Shown here one piece after another: positions 51,483 through 64,000 of a DNA stretch of 64,000 nt (position 1 is its first letter; each line of letters begins with the position of its first letter). The notes under the pieces are model-generated. The model ran no database searches. It saw nothing but the letters and a program-made list of their open reading frames with translations, and had not been told where the DNA came from. The position numbers and the translations under genes are program-made. The DNA is from Phoronis australis (lineage: Eukaryota > Animalia > Phoronida): contig NMRA01000024.1 of the NCBI GenBank assembly GCA_002633005.1, positions 186,001 to 250,000 on the forward strand. Reading direction: 5' to 3'.

Positions 51483-52092
51483 CTGTAATTAGTACAAATA
51501 GCTACAGCAGCGACGAGAAGTGCGAAATTCCTTTTGGCGCTAATGGAAACTATTATCCCATCCTTCAATTTTGATTTTCACGTGGAAAAAGTATCCCAGT
51601 ATCTAAGGTTTTTCTTTCATAACAATTCCCCTTTCTAGCCTTCTCCTAGAATCTTTCCCCTTTCTGAAAACGAAGCTTGTTATGGGACGCACCCTTATAT
51701 AAAATCGAGGTCATAATTTGAAAATAAAAACGACGGTGGGGCTTTGAAAGCAAGCGAAAAGCACTCAGCCGAGAAATTAAGCACTAAAAAACCTGTCTCC
51801 ACCACAAAAACGAACCGTTAGTCAAATTTGCCGATTTCACGGCTTCGAAGGGAGTGTTGGTTCGTTGTCAGTTGCTTGAGACAAGCTCCTCAGTTGACTT
51901 GTCGATGCGAGTGGTGGGCCGAACATGGTCTCGAGGGAATAACGTACCGTCAGTTCTTTGCAAAGCCAAAAACAGAGTAAGCTTGGACACAGCGATAGGT
52001 GGTCTAAACCAAGCGCTTGTATCTTGGACGGAAGAGCATGTAGTCTTTTAACAATGTGTTAGAGCAAATTGGTGTAAAATTTGGTTACTTAC

Positions 52093-52377
52093 TTGGTACG
52101 CAGACGTACGAAACAGACAAGTATTTGAAAGTGCCTACACAAGGATCTCCAAAGACTCTGTTTGATGCCCATACGGCACAAGATCTTTTCCCATTGCATT
52201 TGCTACGCACAATACGTAGGGAATGCCGTGACGCACAGTTGGTCGTACGAATTCGTCCATTAGGGCACGTGTGTCGGTTCCTGCGACCGTAGATTGCATA
52301 GTTCACACGCACAACTTCGTTTGGCCTACGACATCTGATGCGAAGGATTTTGTGCTCACAAACTGTTCCACGAAAAC
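52093..52377 (-). CDS. SUEL/RBL lectin copy B, CRD1 exon
   Basis: 285 nt; AG/GT intact; 8 Cys. Confidence 0.93.
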
Positions 52378-53574
52378 CTGTGGACCAGAATGTTAGCTGA
52401 GTGGGAGAAAGTCCTTACGTTGCTTCCACACAGGGATATTCTGCTAGGAGCACTTACAAATATTGACACCAATTGACAAATAATTGAAATTAGAGTGGTA
52501 AACTCTGTTTCAACCAATTACTAACAGACACTAATTTGTCAGACCAATTAAACCTTTTAAGCAAAAATGCCCTCAAAACCTTGGGAAAAGCTTAAAACTC
52601 CTTACAAAGACTATTGGGCGAGTTTATTCCGGAAGGTTGGAGAAGAGACTTTCGCATCTTGGATTGCAAGATCTACGGTAACTATGTATTTTAGGTACAT
52701 GAAGGTAAAAACTGATAAACTATTAAATCTGCAACAACAGGTAACATAACGGGTTTTGGGTGAAACCACTATAACAGGCAGGGTCATATTTCATAGTTTC
52801 CTTAAATGGACTTAAATTAGTGGATGAGATGCAAATCGTGATGCTGTACCGAATCTCACGAAGTCTGCTAGAAATATCAAGTGATCTTGCACACGACCTA
52901 ACACCACTCCTTGCAGAGTGCTCCTTTGCATCTTTGGAACGGAAGTGAAGCGGATTGTAGTTGCCATGGAACACTGAGCTCATATCGCAAAACCCGGCTT
53001 TATTTAAAGTAACGCTAGATCCTCATTAGGACCTCGCTAGAAACGCAAGACTTCGCGAGTTAGTGCCGTATATTTTAAATGTGAATACTTTGTTTTTTCA
53101 AATAATTCAAACCCAATCTACAATCGTAATAAACAAAGTGATTCAAAGAGTTTAATGGGATGTTAACCTCATAACAACCAAATTGAAACCTAATGCACTG
53201 AACTGTAACGACACGCAACACGAGTAAAGCGAATCAGCTATAACTGTGTTGGATTTAAAACAATAATAGCTATTCTTTAGTCAACAACAGAAACATCAAT
53301 TCGACTATCTTCCCTGTATTACTTTGACGATTTTTCGAATTTGCCCACATAGGTCAATGAAGTTTTAAACATTAAAAAGACTAGAAGACACGTGAAAGTC
53401 ATGTGATAACTTCAAGAGTATGGTAAAGATTAGTAGTAGTGCAACCACACATGCCGTGATCACCCTAACGAAATTTTAAGTGAGCACCCTTCTATTGAGC
53501 TGGCACAGTTTAGGGCATTTGTCCGAACGTGTTTACTCAATAGTGAACGTGGACACTTGATTATATATTAATAT

Positions 53575-53609
<35 letters not shown>

Positions 53610-54380
53610 CATTATTATAATTTTACGCCAAAAACGTATTTTGTGATTTTTGTTGGATGCACTCGATTTATTGAAGTTATATTTTAACATAACCATGAAA
53701 ACAATAAAATCCGTTGTCTTTGATTTTATTGCAAATGGCCAATTTTCGTCGATGTCTGCCAGGGACTGAAATCAAGGCCAAAGCCTTTACCAGCTAAATG
53801 AGGTCACAATGCTCTGTCAATTCGAGTGTGATATATGGCCAGCCAGCAAAATATATGGCTGCGAACGAGCAGGTTCTCGGTTCCAATCAGCGCTGGGCTT
53901 TTCTCTAGTATCCCTTTACGTTACCTTATCATTGTTTTTGTTGGTTTTGAATTGTTTGAAAATGAAAGCAGGCAATATTTTACGAGTTTTCACAAAGGTT
54001 TCAACACTTCTATTTCTAATCGACAAAGTAAACTTTGACAAAAGTAGGCGGTCTCATGACCGCTTCGCTTCGGACACAGGCTAATTTTTACGGCGATTGT
54101 CTGATTAAGTAAAGTCACGCGTCATTGTTTTTTTGTACCTAGACCAAAGATGACGCTAAATTTCCACGGATCACATAAAAAACTGAAATTTCTTATTCGC
54201 GGAAAACGCGTTCAGCTACTTAAACGATTTATATTTATCAAGCAACGACAGTGTGACGATACTTCAATTGTTTTCTGTTCTTTTAACATTAATTGACTGT
54301 TAATTACAGTTGCACTAGTAAAAGAACATGTTGTGATACTGCGGCCTATGCCAATCTGCTCTGCTTGTGAAGGTACATAC

Positions 54381-54450
54381 CACTAGCATCTGAAGCAAAC
54401 AGCACGACAACTGTTGTCAACAAAGCTACAGCCAGAGTCAGAGCTCTCAT
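54381..54450 (-). CDS. SUEL/RBL lectin copy B, signal-peptide exon
   Basis: MRALTLAVALLTTVVVLFASDAS-G; GTATGT donor. Confidence 0.88.
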
Positions 54451-56291
54451 TCTGTAAGAAATAATTTGTAGTGTCACGAGACATTGAGAGTACGGTATCA
54501 TTCATACATGTATTTTGGTTTTCACAGGGATATTCCCTTCTGCGTACGTACTGAGTAGGGGTTGACGCTAATTATTCAAAATGCAGGCCAACACATACTT
54601 CCTCGACTACGGGAAAAGGAACTATACCAAATGGTGAAATCTCTCCACCTGGTCGCTACGTTCTTCATTTACCCACCCGAGACAATATCAGTAAGACGAG
54701 ATATCCACTCGAGATGATGCCGAAGAGGGCAAACTACCTACCAGAGGCGATGCCTCGGAGTAAAAGTACCGCTCGAGATCATACTTCAAAACAGGTCAAA
54801 ATTACCAGCCGATTTGGCGGTACGTCTCTACCAATCTATTCTATGGGAAAGCCTGTTTAAAATCCTACTGTCTGTAATGATTGGCGATTTTTTGCTAATT
54901 GTTCTTGTGGATATGACATTTGGCGATTGAAGTAAACATAAACCAAAGTCATGTTCAGGCACATCAACGTATAGGTCAGATTACAAGACAAAAATAAATC
55001 AGACAAAATCCCATATTCCCGTCATGACGACTTTGTTAACAACAAAAATGTCTTGTTTTACTAAGGGGTCAAAATTCTAAGGGCGTAGTCATCTTAGAAA
55101 CTTTCTGATTAATTTCCCTTTATTCTCAGTTACGAGGGAAGACTACTCCGACAATGTACTCGCGTTTTCCACCCAGCCGTCATGTTGGGAAATTCTGGGT
55201 CATTTTACCTGGATACTTTTGGGTTGTATTGTAGTTTTCAGTTTTTACATGGTACATGTAACAGTGGCAGATATACGTTTTCAGTAAGGGGGGGCGGGGG
55301 GTTAGTAGGATTCGCTCGAATCCGAGGCGCGTAGCGCCTAGCAGGGGGAGGTGTTTAAGGGCCCCCCTCGAGTGTAATTTTTTTGATTTTTACAGCTGAT
55401 TTCGTTTTCCTGACGACGTTTTTTAATTTTTATTTTTGATCCTGTGACGGGTTTAAACCCCTGAATTCACCCCCTCCCGTATATCCGCCTCTGTGTAATA
55501 GTCGGTTTCCACAACTTTTCCCCGTTTTCGGGATTCTACTGAGAATTATCTTCGTGTGACGTGCATGGCCCTGCACTTTTTGATCCCAAGCATTGGCAAA
55601 TCTACCGTGACTATTTATCATGCGACACACACACGCACATATAATTATGAAATACCCGTAACACTCCTTTCGTTGTCAAGGGCATAACTAAGAGTTGGAA
55701 CAACAAATTCATCAACTCCGAGTCCACAGAAGACGCTTGCAAACTGAAAGTGGAAAGTTACATTTTTGCGAGTGCGCAGCCGCACCCACAAAACATATTC
55801 GTGCTATACATTTACATGCTATCGTTGTTAAAACAACAATAGCAGTTTGCACACTTCATTTAACTTGCCAAAAAACTTAGTTGAAAGAGTAAAACTGTAA
55901 TAATTAAAAGTAAATTCAAGTTTTACCTGGTGTAACTCAAAGTTGGTTAAGTCAACTCAATTACTGCCGTGTGAGAAAGTAGTTCAACTGATCCGATAAC
56001 AAATCAGACGAATAAAACGTGCTTCCCAGGTACTGCTTATAAATGATTCTTGTGACGACGACCCCTTGCATTGTCAACAGTTGCAACGCTCCAATGCGTG
56101 TGATAATGTTAATGATGTCTTAGGTGAGATGTCGTCCGCTGAAAAGCATCAGTTCAGCGTGACACCAACACTTAACGTACACGTCAACTGGCTAAGAGTT
56201 GTACAATTATCTCATAATATTCGTGTCTTTGGAAATCATACTTATTCTTATTGACTCCCCTCCCTCCCTCCCTGCCTGCCTCCCTCCCTCC

Positions 56292-56642
56292 NNNNNNNNN
56301 NNNNNNNNNNNNNNNNNNNNNNNNNNNNNNNNNNNNNNNNNNNNNNNNNNNNNNNNNNNNNNNNNNNNNNNNNNNNNNNNNNNNNNNNNNNNNNNNNNNN
56401 NNNNNNNNNNNNNNNNNNNNNNNNNNNNNNNNNNNNNNNNNNNNNNNNNNNNNNNNNNNNNNNNNNNNNNNNNNNNNNNNNNNNNNNNNNNNNNNNNNNN
56501 NNNNNNNNNNNNNNNNNNNNNNNNNNNNNNNNNNNNNNNNNNNNNNNNNNNNNNNNNNNNNNNNNNNNNNNNNNNNNNNNNNNNNNNNNNNNNNNNNNNN
56601 NNNNNNNNNNNNNNNNNNNNNNNNNNNNNNNNNNNNNNNNNN
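56292..56642. other. Assembly gap (351 N) inside a CCCT/CT microsatellite
   Basis: Run of N. Confidence 1.
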
Positions 56643-58637
56643 CCTCCCTTCCTTTCTCTCTCTTCTCTCTGTCTCTGCTACTTCTGTCTTCTTACTGCCT
56701 GAAACGCCTATTAATGAGGTAATGCTGTCGATCATGCCTATACTTTACTACTATATTTTATCCTTTTCATTTATATAATGATAACACTATCACATGATAT
56801 TCCCATTTTTAATATTCTCATTGATTACTAAAGCCCGGATACAATGTTCAATCATCAAAAATGAAGAGTGGACACAAGTTAAATAGAACTGTTTCCTAGG
56901 TAAAAAATCTGGTTAAACGAGAATGGAAAAATATTAAAATAAATAGTCCATGTGATAGTGTTGACTCTGATAAGCGTTTGTAAATCCACCGAGTATATCA
57001 ATACGCACGGTCGTTTATCTTCAATCGTACCCAATGTTTTTAGCTTATTAATTCATCGATTTTTAAAAATCAAAAGCCTTACTTGGTAGTTTTTTCCAGC
57101 TGAACACCGCCGTGGTGTTCGTTTTTAACGAACATTATTGGTTAATGCATTTTGAAAATTCGTCATTATGTACAGGCAGAGATGTTTACTACAGTTTACG
57201 GTCGGGTAATTCCACTTAATTGGTCTTGCTCGCACCGGACAATGCGGTCTGCACAAGTGTATCAGACTCCGGCGCCTCGCTCTCTTTGATCCTGGTAAAG
57301 CCGCTCAGGAGGACGAGCGGTGAAAATTCCCGCTTATCTTTAGAGAAGCGTGTCTTCCCCATAAGCATATTATTCACGCGGTATGATGGGTCTTTATTGG
57401 GAAACGTGATCGGGAGTTACGAAGGCTGCATTGTGCATAGTCACATCCGAAATGTACGCACATCACGAAGCTCTGTGAACCAATTGTTTATGGCCAACTC
57501 GAGCCCGCCCATTGTATTGTTAATATTGTTAAGACGGACCTGCCATGTGTCCAAGCACAAAATAGAGAAAAGCGTAGGCTGTTATGTTTTTGTAACAGAA
57601 GAAGCAGAAACGTATACAAGAAATGTAAAATACATTGACAGGAACAAAAGGATGACGTCATAAAAAACTATAACATCACACCATCGACCTGGTTGAATTG
57701 CACACTATTAACTTCGATCAAAATGTCTCAGCCCCGTTTCACAAAATTTCTTTAGATCAAAATTTTAAAGACCGTAGTCGGTCAAAGGTAAAACCGAAAG
57801 TTAGAAGGCTTAAGACTGGACTTTTGATCTAAATGACCAAAATTTATGGCTAGCATCACTGTAAACAGTTGAGGAACAAATTTCGGTGATATTTTTCACA
57901 ATCTAATATCCTTAAACAATGTCAAATTGTACAGGCTTTCTTCTTTCAGAAAAAATAAAATTCAAGTTCAAATCGACAGTTTTATAGATATTTGCTAAAC
58001 ACAGACATCGTGTCGATAAGGTCCTATATGACCTTAAAGTGCTTAAAACCACCTTTTACCTTGTTTTTAAAAGTAATTACATTGTCAGCACTGCCTTTCT
58101 TCATAGCACTGCATATCATAATCATGAATTCAATATCCCAAAAAGAGAGAAAATAAAAGAACATCGAATTAATTTGAAAGTTTCTCAGCTACGCGGGCAT
58201 GAGTGTGACGTACGAACGCACCCAGCGCCAGTATGCCATGTCCCGGCACCAACACGCAAATTTCTTGCACAAATTCGTGTCTTCTCCGCGTCCCACGAAA
58301 TGTGGGAAGAGGTACAGCGTGGTCAGATAATAAGTTGTCACAAAGACCTCAGACGAAGCACCTCGTTATTCATTATTATACCATAAACCACGGGAAACTG
58401 AGCAGCAATATTTGGCGACTCTTCACACTGAACATAATGGAGGATGACTAGTTCTTTGATCTGTTGTCCTGACTTTACGTGACATGTATCGACCAGTAAA
58501 TGCTCGTAACTCAATATGAGCATGTTAACATAGTGTCAAAGAGTGTTTGCGGAGGTTTTAATTTGACATCCGTTCAACTGGTGGGTTAATTCTTGCATGG
58601 TGTTTTTGGAACAAAGTTGGCGATTTTAAGCACTTAA

Positions 58638-60585
58638 AGGAGAATGCCACCCGATTTAATTAGTCTTTTCTACCGTCTTAATCGGTCTATATTCGCATCA
58701 CCTCGTATACGGTTGATCTTACCTCGTTAAGAGGTGTCACATTAACATGTGAGGAAGGTGAGAAACGACACAGCGACGTCAGTGGTTCTTCCGCTATGGT
58801 GTGGTGTATCGTTCCCGCTTGGGCAAACTATAAAGCTGCGAGGAAAGGGAGTATATCATTTTTTCGATTTCCTCGAGAGCCCATAATGTTTCGGAAGTGG
58901 CTCGCGGTAGTGAAGAATGAAAAGTACGCCGTTAATAATACCAAGTATGAGGCCGTGAAACTTCGCCGTGTCTGTCAGTGCCGGGCCGGCATTTCGTCGG
59001 ATCGGTTGTTGATCAAGTTTTTGATTATGGAGAATTGTAGTTGGCCATGAAAACATAAACAATTACAATTAAAACAAGACGGGAGAGCATAACGGTTTCT
59101 ATATAATCGGTTTGATGATTGACTCGTTCGTGAGGCTCCTGTTTGGTCCTCTGGGTGTAAGATGTTTTCGCCAGCTCTTTTTCTCAGCCCTCTGAAAACA
59201 CATCGTAAGCACACCTCTGTTTAGATGTGGTGCAAAATCAGGATGGTCCGTGAGACATCTGCGCTTCTCCAAGAAGGCATTTCACCTGCAGACTTTCGAG
59301 GCAGAAAACGCAAGCGTCAGACGCTTCCATTATCGTACAGTTAGCTCACTGACACCATGACAACTCATTCACACGGTTTTCGGAACCATGTATCCATATG
59401 TTCCGTTGTCTGTGCACGTTCACGGAGGCTCTATATTTTCTCTTGATCAGTGTACTCCGGTATCAATTGATAGACTGTGAAACATAAATCGACCTGTGAA
59501 GTCTTCGTCGAATGAGCACTCGTCTAAGTCGGGATTGCGAGTTGTCACGTCGACGTTTATTATTGTGCGTTCTGCTTCAAAATGAATTATTCTTACCCTA
59601 ACCAATCCTTATATAAAACTGAAACAAAGTCTGTCTTATTAGATACAATTTGCAATGCCTTGGAATGTTCGTGAGTGCAAATGTTTTGAGAAGCCAGCAA
59701 TGAATAAACCACTGCGTTACCGGCTTAAGATGCACTAATTTCATTGACCGGGCACCGAGGCCGTGTGAGCGCATGCTAATTCAGAGTTTGCTGACAGAAA
59801 GCTGTTGTGAAATAATAACTCGATTTTATAGCCTATGGCCAGATGTTAGGGGAATATTTATTTAGATATTAATATACATTATTCGAATCTTTGTTACTCT
59901 ACAACTTTAGCCCTGATGGAAGGGTTACCTGACTTCGCGGCCCCCGACGAGCTAGTAAGTAGATTTGCAGTTTCGCGACTAATTCACCAAAAATAATTAC
60001 GTGCACATTTTTCTTTGGCTCACTAGTATAGTCTTTTCGTGACTGGAAGTTAAGTTTCCAACTCTGGCTGGTTTATGTTCCTGATGTCTTCAGTCCAGCC
60101 GAGATGGGCCTGATCGGGTTCCGAGCCACTGGCCGGGATTGAAAGCGTTTTTTGTGATAAGAACTAAAAAAATCGCAAGTCCAAAATTACAACACACAGG
60201 TATGTTCTCCTGTCTGTATTTCAAGGACGAATAATTTGAATTTATCACCGAACAGGCCCCAAACTCCCGCGACTGACCTTAGTAACTTAGCCTAACCGAG
60301 CTTTGAAGGTTACGGTACGTTCAAATACCTAAATATCCGTAACAGAGAAATAAAATAACACGTTTGCTCAATAACTAGATGTATTTGTAAGACTTTTCAT
60401 CGAATTTTGATGATTGATTGGTGTAAAACGATGAATTCAAGCGATAAGCTGACACCAGTAAGTTTGTTGTGAACTGCTGAACAGACTGCTTTCGAACCTC
60501 TGACGTCATGAGTTAATTTCAACACCTCTGTCTGCCGTCAGATGTCAGGTAAAAGAGCTGTACTTGCTGTTATCTACTGGAACTA
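58638..60585 (+). mobile_element. Second, more decayed member of the Kolobok-like THAP family of 35441-37304
   Basis: TTAA|AGGAGAATGCCACCCG left end; THAP MVWCIVPAW... with the second Cys lost; colinear with the other copy to ~60585; right TIR not found. Confidence 0.75.
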
Positions 60586-61949
60586 CTATGTGCTGCTAGC
60601 CTACCCGGCATCGGGTGAGTTTCCCAAAAGAAACACTTAGTTCCACTCAATAAACCTACTATTCAGTGGGGTAACTGGTGGGGATAACAACACCGAACGA
60701 TGTTGATAGAAACTGATTGCTAAAAACTTACCAAGTAATGTTGTGTAGTCTCCGAATGGAACTGCATATTCATAGAGCACACACGGGGCTTCAGCACACA
60801 CTTTTTGGCAATTAGTTGACCCTGTTGACCGCAATTGTCCACGAATATAGTAACCTTAGGTCTTTTGGGAATTCGTGGCCACCTGTCTAAGACTTGCACC
60901 AGGGAAATTACCAGTAATAAGGCTTAGCGCGACGACGTATTTTGATAAAAATTCCATCTTTTACCAGTTGTTTACATGCAGACAGCCACGCATGCGCAAT
61001 TCAATCACCACTAGTACAGCAGCGACACCGCGAGGAGAATTCTCCGAATAGCCCCATTCTGAGAACACGCATATGTGGTTACATAAGCGTCTGTGATGTT
61101 AGACCAGACAGGCAGACAACTGTGTATTGCAACGGCTACAAGCAGTCAACCCTCCAAAATTTTGCTTGCTTCATATGATAATTCCTTTCAACTCCATTTG
61201 TTGGCATAACTAAATCATTTTTTGCCACTGAGATGTAAACACCAGGGTATCACAGATAATCAAGCCTGATAGAAAATATAGTTTTCATTTTTTTTTCATT
61301 TTCAGCATGCCCCTCAGTTCAGCGTAAGTCGCCATGTTGTCGGTGCCGCCGGAGATGTGAGCACTTTTAGCAAGTAGCATCTGCGTGACTGAAATCTAGA
61401 GAAAATTATTGAATCGCTCAAAATAGTAGAAATAGATATTTCTCCCTAAATTTCACCGTAAATTATTGATGAAAATAATTCGTAACTTAGGCTATGCCGC
61501 TGTTGTCCAATATGGCCATCGCGATCCAAACAAATGACCCAATTTTTGCCACCAAAATTGCAATAAATTTGCACTGCTTAACCCGATTTTGATAATTTTT
61601 CAATTTTTATTGAGTGGGATGCATTATACTTCCGATTATATTGAAGAATTTTTGCAAATCAAAAAAAATAGTTGGACAGCCCTACTCTTACTGTTCATTC
61701 AGTCCAGCTAGCGGTCGACAAGAGGCTAAAATTCAATGGACTGCAACGACAGGTGACGAGCATCAAGCTATTTAGCACATCCACTTACAAACACTTACCG
61801 GTATGTTGCAAAAACCGTAATTCAAAAGAAAAGCAATCAACTGGCTACTTCTAGCACTAATCCTGTGCGACAGTGTCCGTCGATGCTATCCGCCATTTGG
61901 AATGTTAGATTCAATACTAGCTGAATCCCACTAGCTTCTGGAAATCGAT

Positions 61950-62207
61950 GGCATGTACTATTTCGAATACTCTCTAAAAGTTCACTCATCCTGGTTTACA
62001 ACTATACTCGGATCGCAGGCTGTCGTTCTCGAAGTAGTCCATAGAAACATGTTCGCTACATACTACCGAATACGGCGATGCTCCACTCGTGGACTTCGCA
62101 AAGTCTTCTCACTTGCGACGTAGTCTTGGATCAGCGGGAAACTTGTGCAAAGATACCCCAGCACTTGGCGTATTGCCACAACCTCCAACTACACAACGGT
62201 CTGGCAT
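61950..62207 (-). pseudogene. THAP-domain pseudogene fragment
   Basis: MPDRCVVGGCGNTPSAGVSLHKFPADPRLRRK*...VVCSEH; the conserved Trp codon is a TGA stop. Confidence 0.75.
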
Positions 62208-62561
62208 TCTTCTTCAAATATTTACTCCAGTTTAAATCTAAAAATCCATCTAAATTTGAAAAATCAGAAGTTCTCCTCTTGGCCCACAGCAATGGACACT
62301 GTGGACAGACTCGGCAGTGACCCAGTCACGTGCCCCCTTTCGGAACCGGTTGTGAGGTTTTTCCGAAGATAGCCGAAGTTGAAAATTTTGTGTTTTCAAT
62401 TTTTTTTGGGAAATGGGAGCGTTTTTTAAACGAATTTTAAACGAATAATAGAAGAATATGGGACATGAAATAAAAAGAAATGTGGTTTATAAGTAAACTT
62501 TATTAACAGTCAACACATGTTAACTACAACTAAATAGATTTGATTTTTAAACATTACTGCA

Positions 62562-63471
62562 GAAACAAAATATTTGCTGTCACGCCGCTGACAAGGGCAA
62601 CAAGAGAATCGCGGAGTGTTGAAAGGCGCCCACGAATGCACCGCAAACGGTGTGGTTATTTATTTCATAAAAATGGGCACTAGATGTTTCAAAAGCGTCC
62701 AATCCACCCAAAAACGGGAACATGCTATCGCTTCTTTAATAGAAAGCTATTCATTTAATTTCATAAAATCTGTCAGGAACTGTAGAAAAACGATCGAAAG
62801 CGAAAAAAAATGAAATTGTCACTAGGAGTCACAGCTTTCGTTGGATCCGCCTGAAAGTCGTCGTCTGTCAGCTTCATGTAAATAAACTTACTAAATTGAA
62901 TAAGGATCCTGCGGTGGGTTTAGGAGATACAACTATGGACGCAAAACAAAACAAAACTACCACTAGGAGACGCCACAGTAGTCGAAGTCGTCATCATCAA
63001 CCGTCCTCTTCACACTTATAACATGTACGCCAATCTTCAAAATCATCCTTAGAATGGTTTGGTTGATAAAGGGGTGGACGCAAAAATGACCACTAAGTGC
63101 CGCAAAATACCTCAATTCTTTGAAAACGGGAGGACAGCGTCATCTGACCAATACATGCCTCGATTCCAAATTTTATAAAAATCCATTAAGGGCCTTAGAA
63201 TTAAGATGCAGGGGTAAACGTAAAAAAATAAAATTGCCACTAGGGGGTACACCGGTAGTCAGATCCGTCCGAACGTCGTGGTCGTCCGTTGTCAACATCA
63301 AATAAATACACTAGTTAAATTAGTAAAGATCCTGCAAACGGCTTAGGAGATACAGACACTATAGTCGAAGTCATCGGAAAATCAGCGGGGGACAGACGGA
63401 CGGAGGAACGGACGGACGGACGGGGATGGCGGCATAATGTGTCAACATATAAATAAGTGTGAGCATAAAAA
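62562..63471. mobile_element. Helentron/DINE-1-type (HINE) element, fuller copy B
   Basis: AACAAG start with short hairpins, ~140-bp tandem core repeats, (GACG/GACA)n microsatellite at 63391-63422, ending GCATAAAAA. Confidence 0.55.
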
Positions 63472-64000
63472 TTGTTCATAGTCCGCCATTTTCTTTCTTT
63501 GTTGTAAAGCTATTCAATGTCTGCTGAGTTTAAATCAACCAGTGACTATTAAAACGCGTGCTACTGAAAGATGTCTGCATGTTCTCTACCACCTAGCGGG
63601 CACTCAGGGAACCAGCGAGGTGTTGCCTTAGCCGGTGACGGTCTAAGAAGACTGTCGATGCGTAACAGCACGACGTGTCAACAGAGTAGATGTAGTTCAG
63701 ATAGTCATGCTTGGCCTTTTGTATTCAAGGAAGAGTGAAACACCGTTGAATCAACAGAGTAGATGTAGCTCAGATAATCATGCCTGGTCGTTGATACTTC
63801 AGTGGCGTGAAAACACGATACGTTGAATCTAATTTATCCGCTATGAACCATGTTCTGGTGTTAAAAAAACATGAACATTCTTCACACACATATTTGCTGT
63901 TCTAAAGCAACAAAATCGCGTTCTTATCCCCGGATTGTTGTAATGGGACAATGCTTCTCTACATCAACTTAGTCGCCGTCTGCCCTTGATGTCTCAAAAG

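Larger units (their letters stand above)
37519..64000 (+). repeat. Segmental duplication unit B (continues beyond window)
   Basis: Colinear with 7571-30652, including the LINE, lectin gene, MITEs and Helentron-type repeat; differs by large indels. Confidence 0.9.

Noticed and set aside
56184-56778. Long ORFs of 167-183 aa
   Set aside because: Artefacts of the N gap.
58638-60585. Direct segmental counterpart of the element at 35441
   Set aside because: Different flanking position (homologous to A ~28305) and visibly higher divergence; treated as an independent insertion of the same family.

Overview
Eukaryotic, AT-rich, repeat-dense genomic DNA with spliced genes. It is probably from a marine invertebrate; an echinoderm is plausible but not provable from sequence. 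Two gene types can be rebuilt from splice signals, and the ORF track shows neither intact. (1) A complete 4-exon, 139-aa fatty-acid-binding-protein (FABP/iLBP) family gene on + (111-7333) that lacks both canonical carboxylate-binding arginines. (2) Two intact copies, on -, of a secreted 309-aa lectin with three SUEL/rhamnose-binding-lectin (RBL) domains (18925-22354 and 50571-54450), which is extremely arginine-rich. The lectin copies lie in a ~30-kb tandem duplication: unit A is ~7571-37518, and unit B starts at 37519 and runs off the window. Each unit carries a dead L1/Tx1-type LINE tail-to-tail with the lectin. The units differ by several DNA-transposon insertions whose TIRs, TSDs and empty sites can be read directly. 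At least eight THAP zinc-finger remnants occur, and none has a recognisable catalytic transposase domain. The most notable signals are parallel substitution of the same loop in all three lectin domains of copy B, the polycationic lectin surface, lower divergence in the LINE/lectin core than in the flanks, a ~2-kb foldback element and a 27-bp element with a perfect 8-bp TSD. All alignments and counts were done by eye.
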